From: Bugula neritina
Lineage: Eukaryota > Animalia > Bryozoa
Direction: 5' to 3'
Assembly (NCBI GenBank): GCA_964035545.1
Contig: OZ037771.1
Span: forward strand, 15,035,089-15,099,088
Length of the DNA stretch: 64,000 nucleotides
The notes beneath the pieces were generated by a model that made no database searches, was not told the DNA's origin, and was given only the letters and a program-made list of their open reading frames with translations. Made by a program: the position numbers and the translations under genes. Below, one piece after another: positions 1 through 14,080 of the stretch; the stretch's first letter is position 1, and the number at the start of each line of letters is the position of its first letter.

Positions 1-368
1 ATGATATTTTCATTTCTCTATCTGCTACACTATTCTATAACTCCTCGATTTTTTTTAAACTCTCAAACACACTATAAAATTTTAAGATTTTGTTTGTTCT
101 ATCTTCCAACTACTCAAACTGGCTGAACGACATCATAAAACTTAAATGTTTTTATTGTATTATTGTAATCTTACTGAACTATAAAATTAGTGAATTAACC
201 CTTATTGCATTGTGCTTGGTTTTATAGAAATTTTTCGCTTTTGCTGGCCTGAAACTCACATGGTAACTGATCTTAATCAGTTCTCTGAAGAATACAAAAC
301 TTGAGCTTTTAGAAGTAACTGGTGTTGTGTATTTTGTGCGTTTCTTGTAACAGATGTATATTTTGTAG

Positions 369-1694
<1,326 letters not shown>

Positions 1695-3599
1695 ACTGCA
1701 GAAATAACGGCACTAAGATAAACTGCAGATGAATGGAAACATCCTAATAATTCTTATATCTTTCATGTTGCATACAATAACTGCTTATATGCCTTAATAT
1801 TGTTACAACTTCTACTAAAACAAACTGCCAATTCTATTTAGATGATTTGCATGAAGTCAAACTTATAAATTTTTTGCTCTCCTTGTCTATGTTACTTCAT
1901 GTATTTAATAATGGTAATTATTGCAATTTATCTGTCAATAATATATAATAATTATGGACATTATATTGGTGAATTTTGTATTTTTATGCTTTATAGCTGC
2001 TGAGTTGTCTAATAATCATAATGATAGATGTTGCAATAAATAGCTATTGACAAACATCCTAAATACTGCATGCCTGTGTTATCATTGCTTAATATATAGT
2101 AATTATATATATAATATTATGCAGCATCTTTTGCTATTGTGGTGTATTTTGTAACCTAACATGTTAGTATTATAACATTTATTTTTATAAACATACAGCG
2201 AGTATACAATATTTTGTTTAAAGAAAATGTTTTCATAAGTAGCCCTATTATATACTTTTGACATACTCTGTTTTTAAGATATGGTTTAAGACGTGCATCT
2301 TACTACTATATACAATTGCAGCAGCAGCAAAAAACATGATATTGTATAATCAAAATGCAGCAGTTTGTTCTTTTGATGCCCCTTTGCTTTGCTGTTAAAT
2401 TGAAGGATGGAGTAAAGAAGAGCACTAATAAAACTATTCATTGCATACATAATCATTGAATGTTATAGAAGCAGTTGGTATTATTTTTTAGAAAACAAGG
2501 AATATTAGAAGTAGGTATACCAAAAGCCATGCATAGCCTAATAGCAATAATATAATGTATCAATTTAAGTAATCAGTAGGCCGGGGTATTGCAATTTATG
2601 TCAAGTTGTTTCCTCTATGTTACGTACAATTTCGATAGTCTCAGAGTGAAATAGTTTTCAACGTAGCGTGCGGGTTTCACTTGATTTGACCTCAAATTTT
2701 CTAAACGACAACGGATTTGCTGCTAACTTGACAACAGAAGTTATACATTTTACTATTTCAATATTCGTAAACAAATAAAATACAGGTTGACAACAAACTG
2801 TCACTTGCACTGAAATGTAATAATTATTATGTATAATATGATTATAGCGTAATTATACTGTAGGTTTTTTATATTTATTGGTGACCTGATTGACAATAAC
2901 TTGTTGTTTTTAGTTCTAATAAACTAAACTTTAAGATTTTGAGTTTGACGTTGAGGTTCCGGCGTAAGGCCAAGGGCCAAGGCACAATCACATTGACAAT
3001 CACAATGAGTATGACTATGATTATGACAATCAGTATGCGTGTCACTATCAGTATCGGAAAATGGCAATCACTATCAGTGATCACAATGCCATCGTCATAG
3101 TAAAAATCAAATCGACTGTATAAATCAATTCCCATAACAATATGAATTGCAATTCATAGTGATAGTGAGTTAGAGTGTAACACTCATAATCATATTGACA
3201 CTGAATCCGATTAGTTATACAGTCATGATTAACGATTAACATTTATAATTTTGACCAAGAGTAAGTTATTTAACTAATATTTTACTTCAACTGTAATTGT
3301 TAAACTTAAAGCAAAGCTCCTGTTGTTGTCGGTTAGAATGTCAACTAAACTCAAAGTGGTTGTTGTACTTATTGTAATCCAATTCGCCTTTAGACGAAAT
3401 TCTTAAAGAAAAACATGCAGCCTAAAATAATTGCATTTCATTTTAATTTTGGTTAAAGATAAGCTATCTTTAGCGAAAAAATTCCAACTAATCATAATCA
3501 TAATGATATAATACTTCTATTAGGTATCAGTATGAGTATCAATCATTATCAGTAGGCCTATAAATATTTGCTGAAATGATAGTAACTTTCATCTTAGTA

Positions 3600-4260
3600 A
3601 AACATATGGGTAATTTATATTAGCAAAATTACCTTTCCACTTATAGCAGTATTTTTCTTTTAGTTTTCCTTCTTTGACTGAAGTTTCTATTTTTAATAAT
3701 TTTAGACAAGTTGAAGGTTAAGAGAAGTGACAGTAGGGTGTATGTAAAATGTATAGTTTCACAACAAAATTCAGTGAAAGTTTTTTAGAGTAAATAAGGA
3801 ACCGGTATGTGTGCACACAGTACTTATATAGGGAAATTTTTTGCTTTAAGCTAAATTCAATAAAACAGGATTGAATGTAAGTACTAAAATAAGTAAATAG
3901 TATAGACTGAAACTGATATGTCAAGTCTCAATCACAGGGAAATTATTTGATCATCAATATGTCTTTATAAATGGTTCTAAGTGTTTAATAGAAATTGTTA
4001 CATGCATTTCTCAGCTCAAATAAAAATTGTGTTTAGTTTTGGTGAGTCTTTTTGAAAATAATTATTAGGTCTGTTAATTATATCAAAGCAAGATTAAAAA
4101 CAGGTGCTGTAACTGTGTTTGATGATCATTTAGTTACAATAGGCTTTAAGTCTTGCTAACAGAGTTGAAATTGTTATATTTGATTGCCGAAATTAAACAC
4201 TATTGAATCATAATGGTTTGTCAAATATATGTGAACATTTGCAATCGTGCTAAAGATAAA
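3600..4260 (-). mobile_element. Possible highly decayed Penelope-like RT remnant
   Basis: Minus-strand fragments VFNFGNQI*Q, TAPVFNLAL, RHIDDQIISL, LDISVSV and FANINYPY occur in the order expected for Penelope-type RT motifs (FGNxIYxQ, CAP, RYIDD, YLD, FxIVNFP), but with stops and deletions. Confidence 0.25.
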
Positions 4261-5118
4261 TTTAAGTTTCATCAAGTCCAATAGCTGAAGATATCAACTT
4301 AAGTCAACAAGAACTTGAGTCAATATGACTTGGACCCAGTTCTGAGTATATATAAGTTATTTAATTGAAATACTAGCAGTGATGATAGATATGACATTAT
4401 GTTGTTCTGAATGCCTTTAATAATCATGCCAACATTTAAACCTTGTAATAAAAAGTTATTATAGTATGAATTTTTTATATTCCTATAGAATGGTTAGTTT
4501 TAATTTTACATAATTAAAATATAAGATTTAGAATGTTTTCATTTCAAGGAAGGTAAATGCAAATGTGGCTGTTACTTCTAGCTACAAACTATAAAATTAA
4601 ATTAAGTTGCAACAATTAGGCTCCCATCAAAATAAGGATACTGATATATGCATATAGACACCATGTTTTGCTATCACAGGCATTGATGATTTTACTATGC
4701 GTAACTGTATTGGTTGTATATATATTTTTTTTTGATAAGTAATAAGCAATTATGTTATTAGTTGTGTCATAATTAGAACTAGCACTAGCAGTGACAGCCT
4801 GTTGAAACTCTCCAAAAGTGTGGTGTTTAACTTATGCTATTTTGTTGTTCGTTTTGGCTCATGAGTGACCATTTTCTGTGTCACCATTATTTATATCAAT
4901 TAAAATTTTTTGGACATTCACAACTTATTTATAGACACATGAATTTTGTTGTTTTCTTAATCGCTATGGAAACAGTTTACGACATTTTTTACACAATTAA
5001 TAATTTTTTTTTACTATAGTATCAAGCTTAACGGCCTATATAGATCTTAGCCTCTGCCCTCATTTAATTTTGTCAGTCACATATTCTCTGAAGTGTAAAG
5101 TTTGTTGACTGATTGCTA

Positions 5119-5452
5119 AGCCTAGGGCCACACTGTAGTATTGTCCATGCGAAAATTTAAACCACGAGTAGCGAAAGTGTCCACTGTACGCGTTGAGAAA
5201 ACATTCCCACTTGTCGCTCAGCATTCTCAGCGCAAGTGCGAATTGTCTCTGTCGTCGTCACCTAATTGGCTGGTAGTTATTCAGCGAGCCCAATTTATTC
5301 ATTTTAGTGTTACATTCCAGTGAATTGCGTTTTATTGAAAGCGAGTGCGATTTAAAAATGAAAGCTTTATTTATCGCATCACTGACGCTACAGTAGACAC
5401 CTTTGCTACTTGTGGTTTCAATTTTCGCATGCGCACAGTGTGGCCCTAGGCT
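5119..5452. mobile_element. MITE (non-autonomous TIR element, PIF/Harbinger-like ends)
   Basis: Terminal inverted repeats AGCCTAGGGCCACACTGT...ACAGTGTGGCCCTAGGCT, plus a further ~45 bp of imperfect sub-terminal IR (CATGCGAAAATT.AAACCAC.AGTAGC.AA.GTGTC). Flanked by TA; no coding capacity. Confidence 0.8.
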
Positions 5453-5773
5453 TACTGTGACTAGTGTTTACTTGGTAAACAACTCTAGCAAACAATGCAA
5501 TGTGACACTAGTATTTGCTCTCATAGATTGCATAAGCTAATAGGGCTACTAGGACTGTCAACTGCAATTCAATCATTTATATTGATTAATCTGCCGGTCA
5601 GGAGATGTAAAGCCTGTATATATATATTCACTCGTTTAGCTATATTACAATGTACTATATTATAGCTACCCTGAATTATACTATGATGAACTACTTATTT
5701 TATGCAATATATTATAATTTACTGTAAATTATATTATGATATACCGTACTGCATTCTTCTAATATTATAATAT

Positions 5774-5986
5774 AGAAAAACTCCTGAACGTTTGTAGTCG
5801 CTATCCCTGTGAGAAACCCCTGATAGAAAGGGTTTTTGTTAAAGCGGGCTAAGGACTTATTTAAATGAGGCACAGGAGCAATTATGACTGGATGCCCTTC
5901 TTAATATCACCAATGGCCTTTGTTCGAACCCATAACTACTTGCTTACTAAGAAAACACTCTAACCCCCTAGACCACAGCTGCTCCC
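5774..5986 (-). mobile_element. tRNA-derived SINE, family A, copy 1
   Basis: Minus strand: A box (TGGTCTAGGGGG), B box (GGTTCGAAC), body containing AAGAAGGGCATCCAGTC. Flanked by the 18-bp direct repeat CTTCTAATATTATAATAT (5756-5773 / 5986-6003). Second copy at 34852-35077. Confidence 0.85.
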
Positions 5987-6595
5987 TTCTAATATTATAA
6001 TATGCTATGAGTTATACTATAATATGATATGTATTATATTATAATATAAATTACTATGAATTATATATTAGAGTATGGTGTGTATTATATTATAGTATAA
6101 TATGAGTTATACTGCAATATACTATGTGCTATATTGTAGAATTTAGTATATATATTGTATATATATGTATTATAAATTGCTATTAAAATATTACTAGTTG
6201 TTATATTTCATATAACACTATACTACTATAGATTATATTGCAAATAACTAGTAATATATCACCACAAACTATAGCCTATATATTACTGCATACCATATAT
6301 TATATGACTGCCTGACACGCATAGGGTCACAGTGCATTTCATCACACACCCCACATACTGTGTATTTAATCCAACACTTAACTGCCACGCTGTAGCATTC
6401 ATGTGATGCCATGAATCATATCAATGGCACGTATGTATTGCATCATTCAACTAGTATACATAAAACAAGGCACCTGCAGTGTGCATTCACATGTCATAAA
6501 CACTGCAGTACGTACACTCTAGTATCTACACTGCAGGATCTACGCTTCTATTATTAGATATACAACTGAAGCCTCGGAATATTTACGGACTCAGG

Positions 6596-9500
6596 ATGTT
6601 GCTTTTGGGGTTTGAAGTGCCACTGTGGATAATTTTGACTGGCGCATCCGCTCTGCTGGTTTACCTGTAAGTGTTTAGATTAGCCAAAGCTGTCTTGGTG
6701 TATATATGTGCTTGCTAGGTAAGCGTATGTGTAAGTCATGTGTAGATACAATGTACGTTAGCATACATATAAGGTAAGTTTAAGTGAAAGTTACATTGTA
6801 TGGCAAGTACATATGTTAAGTGTCCGTATGTTGCTATGCCATGTAAGTTAAGTGTACATGTAAGGTACTGCTACTCTCTGCATAAAATAAAGTAAACTTG
6901 GTTCAGGTCTTTCATGTTAAGTAAAATTTATACTCCGAGCTGATGTGGAAACAAGAACCTGTACTAATGAATAAGTCCGCCACTCGTAAAAAATTTTGTA
7001 CTGTGATAACTTAATCGGCCAATTTGAGAATAGGAGTAATAACTCCTTGTAAACATCGTTATTTAGTTATTACTTTGGCGATTAGACAACGTACTTATAC
7101 GGTTATAATTATATAGCCTATGCCTTCTCAATTATCGCTTTTATGCTGTCCGCTTCACTAATTCACGACGTTTACAAAGGGCATCAAATAGCTATTATGC
7201 GAGTTAAATTTCAATTTCAGAAAGTGAGCAACCGCATCAATATGATTTCAACGAGTTTCAGTTTGACTATAAAGGGGTACCCAAACAAGCATTATTAACT
7301 TAAACTCGGTACTTTTTTCAGCAGAAGTATAAATGCAACTTTAGACTTGAGATGAATAATTTACAGCATTTAACACTTGTCTTCAGTATGTCTAAATGAT
7401 TGCGCTGCTAGTAAACATATATTTGTTTGTAATCTGATGGTCTCGATATTAGCAACCAAAGCCTGGGCCTTCTGGTAGAAATACATATAAATATTTGGTT
7501 AAAACTGCTTTTACTGTGTGACTTTGTAAAGCTTGTTGTCTCTTGCAGTTATGGCACAAGGAATTATGGCCACTTCAACAAGTCCAAGCTGCCCGGACCA
7601 AAGGTCTGGCCCCTGATTGGGACAGCTGCTGAGCTGTATGGAGACGTAAGTGTAAACTAGTCTTAATAACTTACTGCAGTGCCGTTATGTTGGACAGTCA
7701 TAGCTGTGTTTATCTGTATTTAATCTTTAGAATCCGAAGCATTATCAATAGCTATAGCAAATATTCTCTCTAACCTGCATATATGGTGTTTTGTGCGCCC
7801 TTTGAGCTTGAAGAAAATATATAGGGCAAAAAATCTTTATCATGGCTTGTGTGTATTATACAGCAACTAGTATGTATTATACAGTAACTAGTATGTATTA
7901 TACAGTAACTAGTATGTATTATACAGTAACTAGTATGTATTATACAGTAACTGGTATGTATTATACAGTAACTAGTATGTATTATACAGTGACTGGTATG
8001 TATTATACAGTAACTAGTATGTATTATACAGTAACTGGTATGTATTATACAGTAACTAGTATATATTACACAGTAACTAGTATGTATTATACAGTAACTA
8101 GTATGCATTATACAGTAACTAGTATGTATTATACAGTAACTAGTATGTATTATACAGTGACTGGTATGTACTATACGGTAACTAGTATGTATTATACAGT
8201 AACTGGTATGTATTATACAGTAACTAGTATGTATTATACAGTAACTAGTATATATTACACAGTAACTAGTATGTATTATACAGTAACTAGTATGCATTAT
8301 ACAGTAACTAGTATGTATTATACAGTAACTAGTATGTATTATACAGTAACTAGTATGTATTATACAGTGACTGGTATGTACTATACGGTAACTAGTATGT
8401 ATTATACAGTAACTAGTATATATTACACAGTAACTAGTATGTATTATACAGTAACTAGTATATATTACACAGTAACTAGTATGTATTATACAGTAACTAG
8501 TATGCATTATACAGTAACTAGTATGTATTATACAGTAACTAGTATGTATTATACAGTAATTAGTATGTATTGTACAGTAACTGATACAGATAGCCTAAGT
8601 ACCTACTCTCCACATAACCTCTACAATGTGGGAATATTATTGCAGAGTATAATGGCCACAGATCTTAAGCTACGCAAGAAGTACGGGAAGTTTATTAAGT
8701 AAGTACATCATACGAAGATATCAGCTGATTTCACGTGTGAATTTTATTTCACAGCTTTTAAAACTGCTATAGTGAAGAGAATATAAAGATTGACCTTGAC
8801 ATTTATAGTATCTCTCCCAGTAGTTGATTCTTTGCTTGGCTTTTGAATGAATTTTTTTTTAATGAAACTTTTATAAAATGCAATCGTTTTTAATGTATTT
8901 ATTTGGGATTGGGATTTGCGACAAGAATATATTGTTTTATAGATTAGAGTTATGGCTGTGTTATTGCATATATCTAACATACTTTAAACAGTGTAACACG
9001 AAAATGTATTTCTATTATATTAGCTAATGAGCTCGCTGGTTGATTTTAGAACGTTTGAAGGTTCGACACCCGTGATGCTGGTGTACGACGCCGAGTGGCT
9101 CAAAGAGGCGTATGTGAAGAACTTTTCTCTCTTTACTAATCGCAGACGACTTCTGTTTGGCGGCGCGCTGGACCAGGGTCTGTTTTCTATGGAGGGGGAG
9201 CACTGGAGGCACTCTCGTAAGATGTTGTCTTCTGAGTTCTCTTCTGGGAAACTCAAGAAGGTGCGTTAATCACGGCTAGCAGTGACTTGGACTCTAATTG
9301 TGTACTCTGACTGTTTACTTTCACTGTCTACTCTAACTGTCTACTCTAACTGTGTGCTATAACTCTCTACTCTACCTCTCTACTCTACCTATCTACTCTA
9401 ACTGTGTACTCTAACTATGTACTCTAAAGTTCTAAGCTCAAGGTCATAGTCACCAGTCACTTGGACTCTAATCATTTAATCTAACTGTGCACCTTCACAC

Positions 9501-12500
9501 TCTACTCAAATTCTCTATTCTAACTCGCTAAGTTCTAACTGTGTACTCATGAGTTTCTGCAATGTGAATAGTAAATAATGGAGTTGCTGTGATTGTTATA
9601 GTGACTGTAGTACAGAGTTTGTGCTTTTATCTGCATCTCCTTCCTAAATCTCTGCTGCTCTTCTGTAGATGATGCCGGAGATACAGAAATGTATTCAGCA
9701 TTTCGTCCAAATTCTGGAGGATTCAGATGAGCAGCCCGTTGACATCAGAACGTACGTGTTTAACTATTACTAGTAGTACTAGTAGTACTAGTAGTACTAG
9801 TAGTACTACTAGTAGTACTACTAGTACTAGTAGTACTACTAGTACTAGTAGTACTACTAGTAGTACTAGTAGCAGTACTACTACTAGTACTAGTATTACT
9901 ACTACTGCTACTACTGCTACTACTACTACTACTGCTACTGCTACTACTACTACTGCTACTACTACTACTACTGTTACTACTGCTACTACTACTAATACTG
10001 TTACTACTGCTACTACTGCTACTACTGCTACTACTACTACTGTTACTACTGCTACTACTGCTACTACTGCTACTACTGCTACTACTGCTACCACTGCTAC
10101 TACTGCTACTGCTACTACTACTACTACTAGTACTACTACTACTGCTACTACTACTGCTACTACTACTACTGTTACTACTGCTACAACTAAGTTTGCGGTT
10201 ATTCCAGGAGATGCTATGCGCTGACCCTGGATCTCATCTCCCACACTGCCTTCGGTCTAGACAGCGATGCGCAGACCAACGAGGACAGTCAGTTCACCAA
10301 GAACGCTCTGCGACTCATCAGCTTTGGGGAGGCGGAGCAGCCCTTGAAGGAGAAGATCCGCAGCACTGTGGCTATCTTTGTTGTGTGTGAGTTGAGTTTT
10401 AGATTTCCTCACAATGTTCCAGTTGGTTGATTCGCCAGATATGCGATCCCGCAGTCAAGACTTTGTGCTAATAGTAGCTGAGACTGATGCTTTACTAAAG
10501 TATTGAGTCCACTTACTACTTTTTTGTCACATGCTGCTAAATATCCTGATGTTTCGTGTGATTTTCACAGCTGATTGGTGCTTAGGTTGATACAGTTAAT
10601 AAGATAGTAATAGCTGTGATGCGGTGTCTTTAAATTGCAACAAGCTGCTGTTTATTCTGGTGGCATCACTTCTCAACGTTTAATCTTGTACTGTTGTGTC
10701 ATAGCATGCTCCTGCGTAGACTCTGATAGTTCAATTGAGAAAGTAAAACTGTTCTTTGCTCTACAATCTAGTACTACTTGATGTGGCCAAACCGTGTGAA
10801 CTTGAATGCTAAATGGGTTTCAAATTTTATATCAAAATGGATTTCCTGTTTCTTGCCAGTGTTGGCTCCTGATTGGTTGGTGAAGCTGTTTGCCAAATTC
10901 AGTATCACGGTATTCGATGCCGGAGCTATAAACTACTTCGAGGAGCTCTGCCAGTCGGTGATTGAGAGCAGGAAGAATGACAACCCAGGAGCTGACTTTG
11001 TGCAGACGTTAGTTAACAGCATGAAGGAGACCTCCAAAGGGGACCCCGATACGCTGGTTGATACCTTAGGCTATAACTGGACTAAGAAAGGTTCGTAGCT
11101 GGCGTTTAAGGAGTTTAAAACTAAACTTTAGTGGAATAATGTTTTATGCTCAATAAATACTGTGTGAGTTTACGGGTGGGTGAATTAATTAGACTTTTCA
11201 CATGATATTTATCTGTAATCCTCATAAATAAAACGTATTCACATGTAGGAATTGTATATTGAGTATACATACATAGCTCTTGTATGTCTTTCAACACGTA
11301 GCAGTAATAAAGAGAAAAGTTTAAAGCACAAATATTTCTTCATGTTGTGATAAAGTCTGTATGTTTTAGGATTGACAAAGACTGAGATCATAGGCAATGC
11401 CCTATTGTTTTTGTTTGCGGGGTTTCAGACCACCGCTGATACTATGCTATTTATCTTCTATGAACTAGCCCAGTACCCTGAAATTCAGGAAAAGGTACCG
11501 TCGTATTCACCTACACATTACCCGGCTTGTTTCATTAATTTATCTTTTTATCAACTTCAAAGAGAAGACAACTCTATATGCTGTCTGATGCGTTTGATAG
11601 TGCTAATATAAGTTAATGATTTATGTTGAATGATCCTAGCCCTATTTGATAAAATTTACTCTTGGTATAACAATATCTTTTTGTCTTGGTTAAATTTGTT
11701 TCAATAGTCACAGTTGGCAAGCTGTATGCATTTATATAAATACAGATATATTTTTTATTTGGTTACTATTTGCTTGGGAAGTTGCATACCCTTACTTATA
11801 TGTATAAGCAAGGGTATATAACTTAGCAATTGCTGGTAAAAAGAATAATTTTCAAATTAAAACCATGTTGATGTTTGTATAGCGTTCACTCTGGAAACAA
11901 ACGCATTCTTTTCTTATAAATTGAATAAATTGACTCTGAGGATGCAAAATCTATCATGGAAAAACTGATATTTAAGTTATAATTGTTACCACCAACACCT
12001 CTTACTGTAGGAACTATTAGCTTCAGACGAAAATTTTAGTTTTCCTGTTGCAGTTTACATTTTGATGATAAGAAAATTGCAGACGTGTAAAAGTGGAGGT
12101 TTGTTAGCATGGTCATGTCTTTTATTCTAGGTATAAAATTGAGAGTATATTATCTTAATCTTTTTGTCTTCTCTTCCAGTTGTATGTGGAGATAACTGAG
12201 ATATGTGACAGTGATGAAGTAACACCGGAGCAAGTTAATCAACTCAAACTACTAGAATACTGCATCAATGAGACAATGAGGCTGTACCCGCAGGCATTCA
12301 GGTATATATATTCAAACTCTATCAATTTCCTACTTTCATTGTCAACATGGCTCCATTATTTTCATTTAAAAATCTTTTAACTACGCCCGTTATCAAGCTA
12401 ATTTGATATAAGAACTCATTTAAGAGTTTTCCTTGTGTTTTACCAACACGCTGAGCAGTTTATGCACCTTGTCAATGGTCATCACTCAGTGGCTGTACTG

Positions 12501-14080
12501 TATTTGTATTCCATGATTACTAGTATCCGTGAGAGAGTAATAAATAGATTACAGCTTCACCTATTTTATTACGACCCATAATTTTGCTGTTTAGACATTA
12601 AACTTAGCAGCAGCTAATGTTTCACTTGCTTTTCCACTCTTCAGTTTTCAGGATTTCACAGATTTTGTTAGCTCTGTAATCTTTGGGGGAGGGGGTGTAG
12701 TAATCTGAGGTTTGAGGGGTGTAGCTGCCAGGAGTATAGCAATCAGGGATGTAACATCCGAAGGGGTGTAGTGATCAAGGGTTTAGCAATCTGGGAGTTC
12801 AGCAATAAGTGGTGTGAGGAGGGGTGTAGCAGCAAGAGGGGTGTAGTAAATAGGAGTGTAGGAGCAAGGGGGGTGTAGCAGCAAGAGGGTGTAGCAGCTA
12901 GGTAATGTTCTAATGGATATGTTTCAGGTTTGACCGTTCGGCTAGTGAAGACGTAACAATAAGAGACATCTTTGTCCCCAAAGGAACTGCAGTTACAGCC
13001 GTACCCTGGACCATCCAGAGAGATCCAGAGATCTGGGAGGACCCCGAGGAGTTTGATCCTTACAGGTAAGCTCTCTTTGACATGTCCACACAGGTGGTTA
13101 CTCTGTCCTTATCATCTGCTAAAGTTTTCATTATGTCTCTACTAGCAGATAACTGATAGCTACTGGACCTGTACTGGCTTTAGGGTAGATAAGTGAATCG
13201 TATTGAAAGAAAACATGCTTTGCTTATAATGTTCAACTTATAATATATGGTTACATGAGCTATAATAGCACTAACAGGAAGTAGCTCGGAGAAAGGAAAG
13301 CGTATAATGTGTCCACAGAAAATATTTGTGTTGCTGTTTTGAAATTTTGTTTCACAAATACCTTCATTTATATTTGATGCATTTTCATATAACATCTAGC
13401 TTGCCTGTTGAAGAAATTCAAAAAGCATATTATACTCTTTCATTCAGGTTCACTCCTGATCGGTTTACCGAGAAGCAAGCTACGGCATTCATGCCATTTG
13501 GACTCGGCAACAGACTGTGCATCGGGAGTCGTCTTGCCCTGATGGAGATGAAATTGAGTATCATCACAGCTTTGAGGAAGTTTGAGTTTAAAACTTGCCC
13601 CGACACGCCCGTAAGTTTTACATCTTTATGTATGCGTGTTGTCCCTTTATCACTTGGACAACTTGCCACCAGGGGGCGTACAATGTCAGACTTTCATAGG
13701 CTGCACTGCAACTGGAATTAATTGAAAAAGAGCTTTATAATGTTAAAGTAGTTATTTTAAATATTCTTTTGAAATTCATGGAGCAACACCAACATTTTCA
13801 AACCTGAATTTTAGACTATGAATGTTTGTGTATTTCTTTAGTAGCTTTGGTGTTCATACATGATGTTGTGTTTGTTTTATGGGTGGAATGATTTTAGTTA
13901 CTAAATACACTTTTGTCAGAGCTATTGCTACTGTGTGTGGTTGAGGTAAACTTCATTTCACAACTTTCTATGATTTCATTTTAGAAACGACCTCTTGAGT
14001 TTGCTGCCGTACCTGCAGTCACCCCCTCAAAGAAAATCATGCTGTCTTTTGTCAAACGAGACGCTGCCACAACAGACTAG
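6596..14080 (+). CDS. Cytochrome P450 clan 3-like gene B, complete, ~522 aa; exons 6596-6666, 7549-7645, 8646-8698, 9050-9260, 9669-9751, 10208-10386, 10860-11090, 11370-11494, 12180-12301, 12928-13065, 13448-13610, 13985-14080
   Basis: Twelve GT/AG exons sum to 1569 nt with no internal stop. N-terminal anchor MLLLGFEVPLWIILTGASALLVYL, LPGPKVWPLIG hinge, C-helix HWRHSR, SSEFSSGKLK, I-helix AGFQTT, K-helix ETMR, FTPDRF, heme FGLGNRLCIG. Confidence 0.95.
7855..8585. repeat. 21-bp minisatellite (TATTATACAGTAACTAGTATG)n, ~35 copies, intron 2 of CYP B
   Basis: Read directly; explains ORFs 7770-8507 and 7842-8702. Confidence 0.95.
9765..10185. repeat. Trinucleotide tract (ACT/AGT/GCT)n filling intron 5 of CYP B
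   Basis: Read directly; lies between donor 9752 and acceptor 10207. Confidence 0.95.
12683..12900. repeat. G-rich degenerate ~19-20 bp repeat (GGGGTGTAGCAGCAAGA-like), intron 9 of CYP B
   Basis: Repeated GGGGTGTAG/GGAGTGTAG cores ending ~25 bp before the exon-10 acceptor. Confidence 0.75.

Noticed and set aside
7770-8702. 245-aa and 286-aa repeat proteins (IIHTSYC / MYYTVTS)n
   Set aside because: A 21-bp intronic minisatellite is open by arithmetic. Only 8646-8698 is a real exon.
9723-10244. Mucin-like poly-Thr ORF, or in-frame retention of the 456-nt intron 5
   Set aside because: The Thr ORF is in a different frame from the P450, and the P450 frame hits TAG within 8 codons of the donor.
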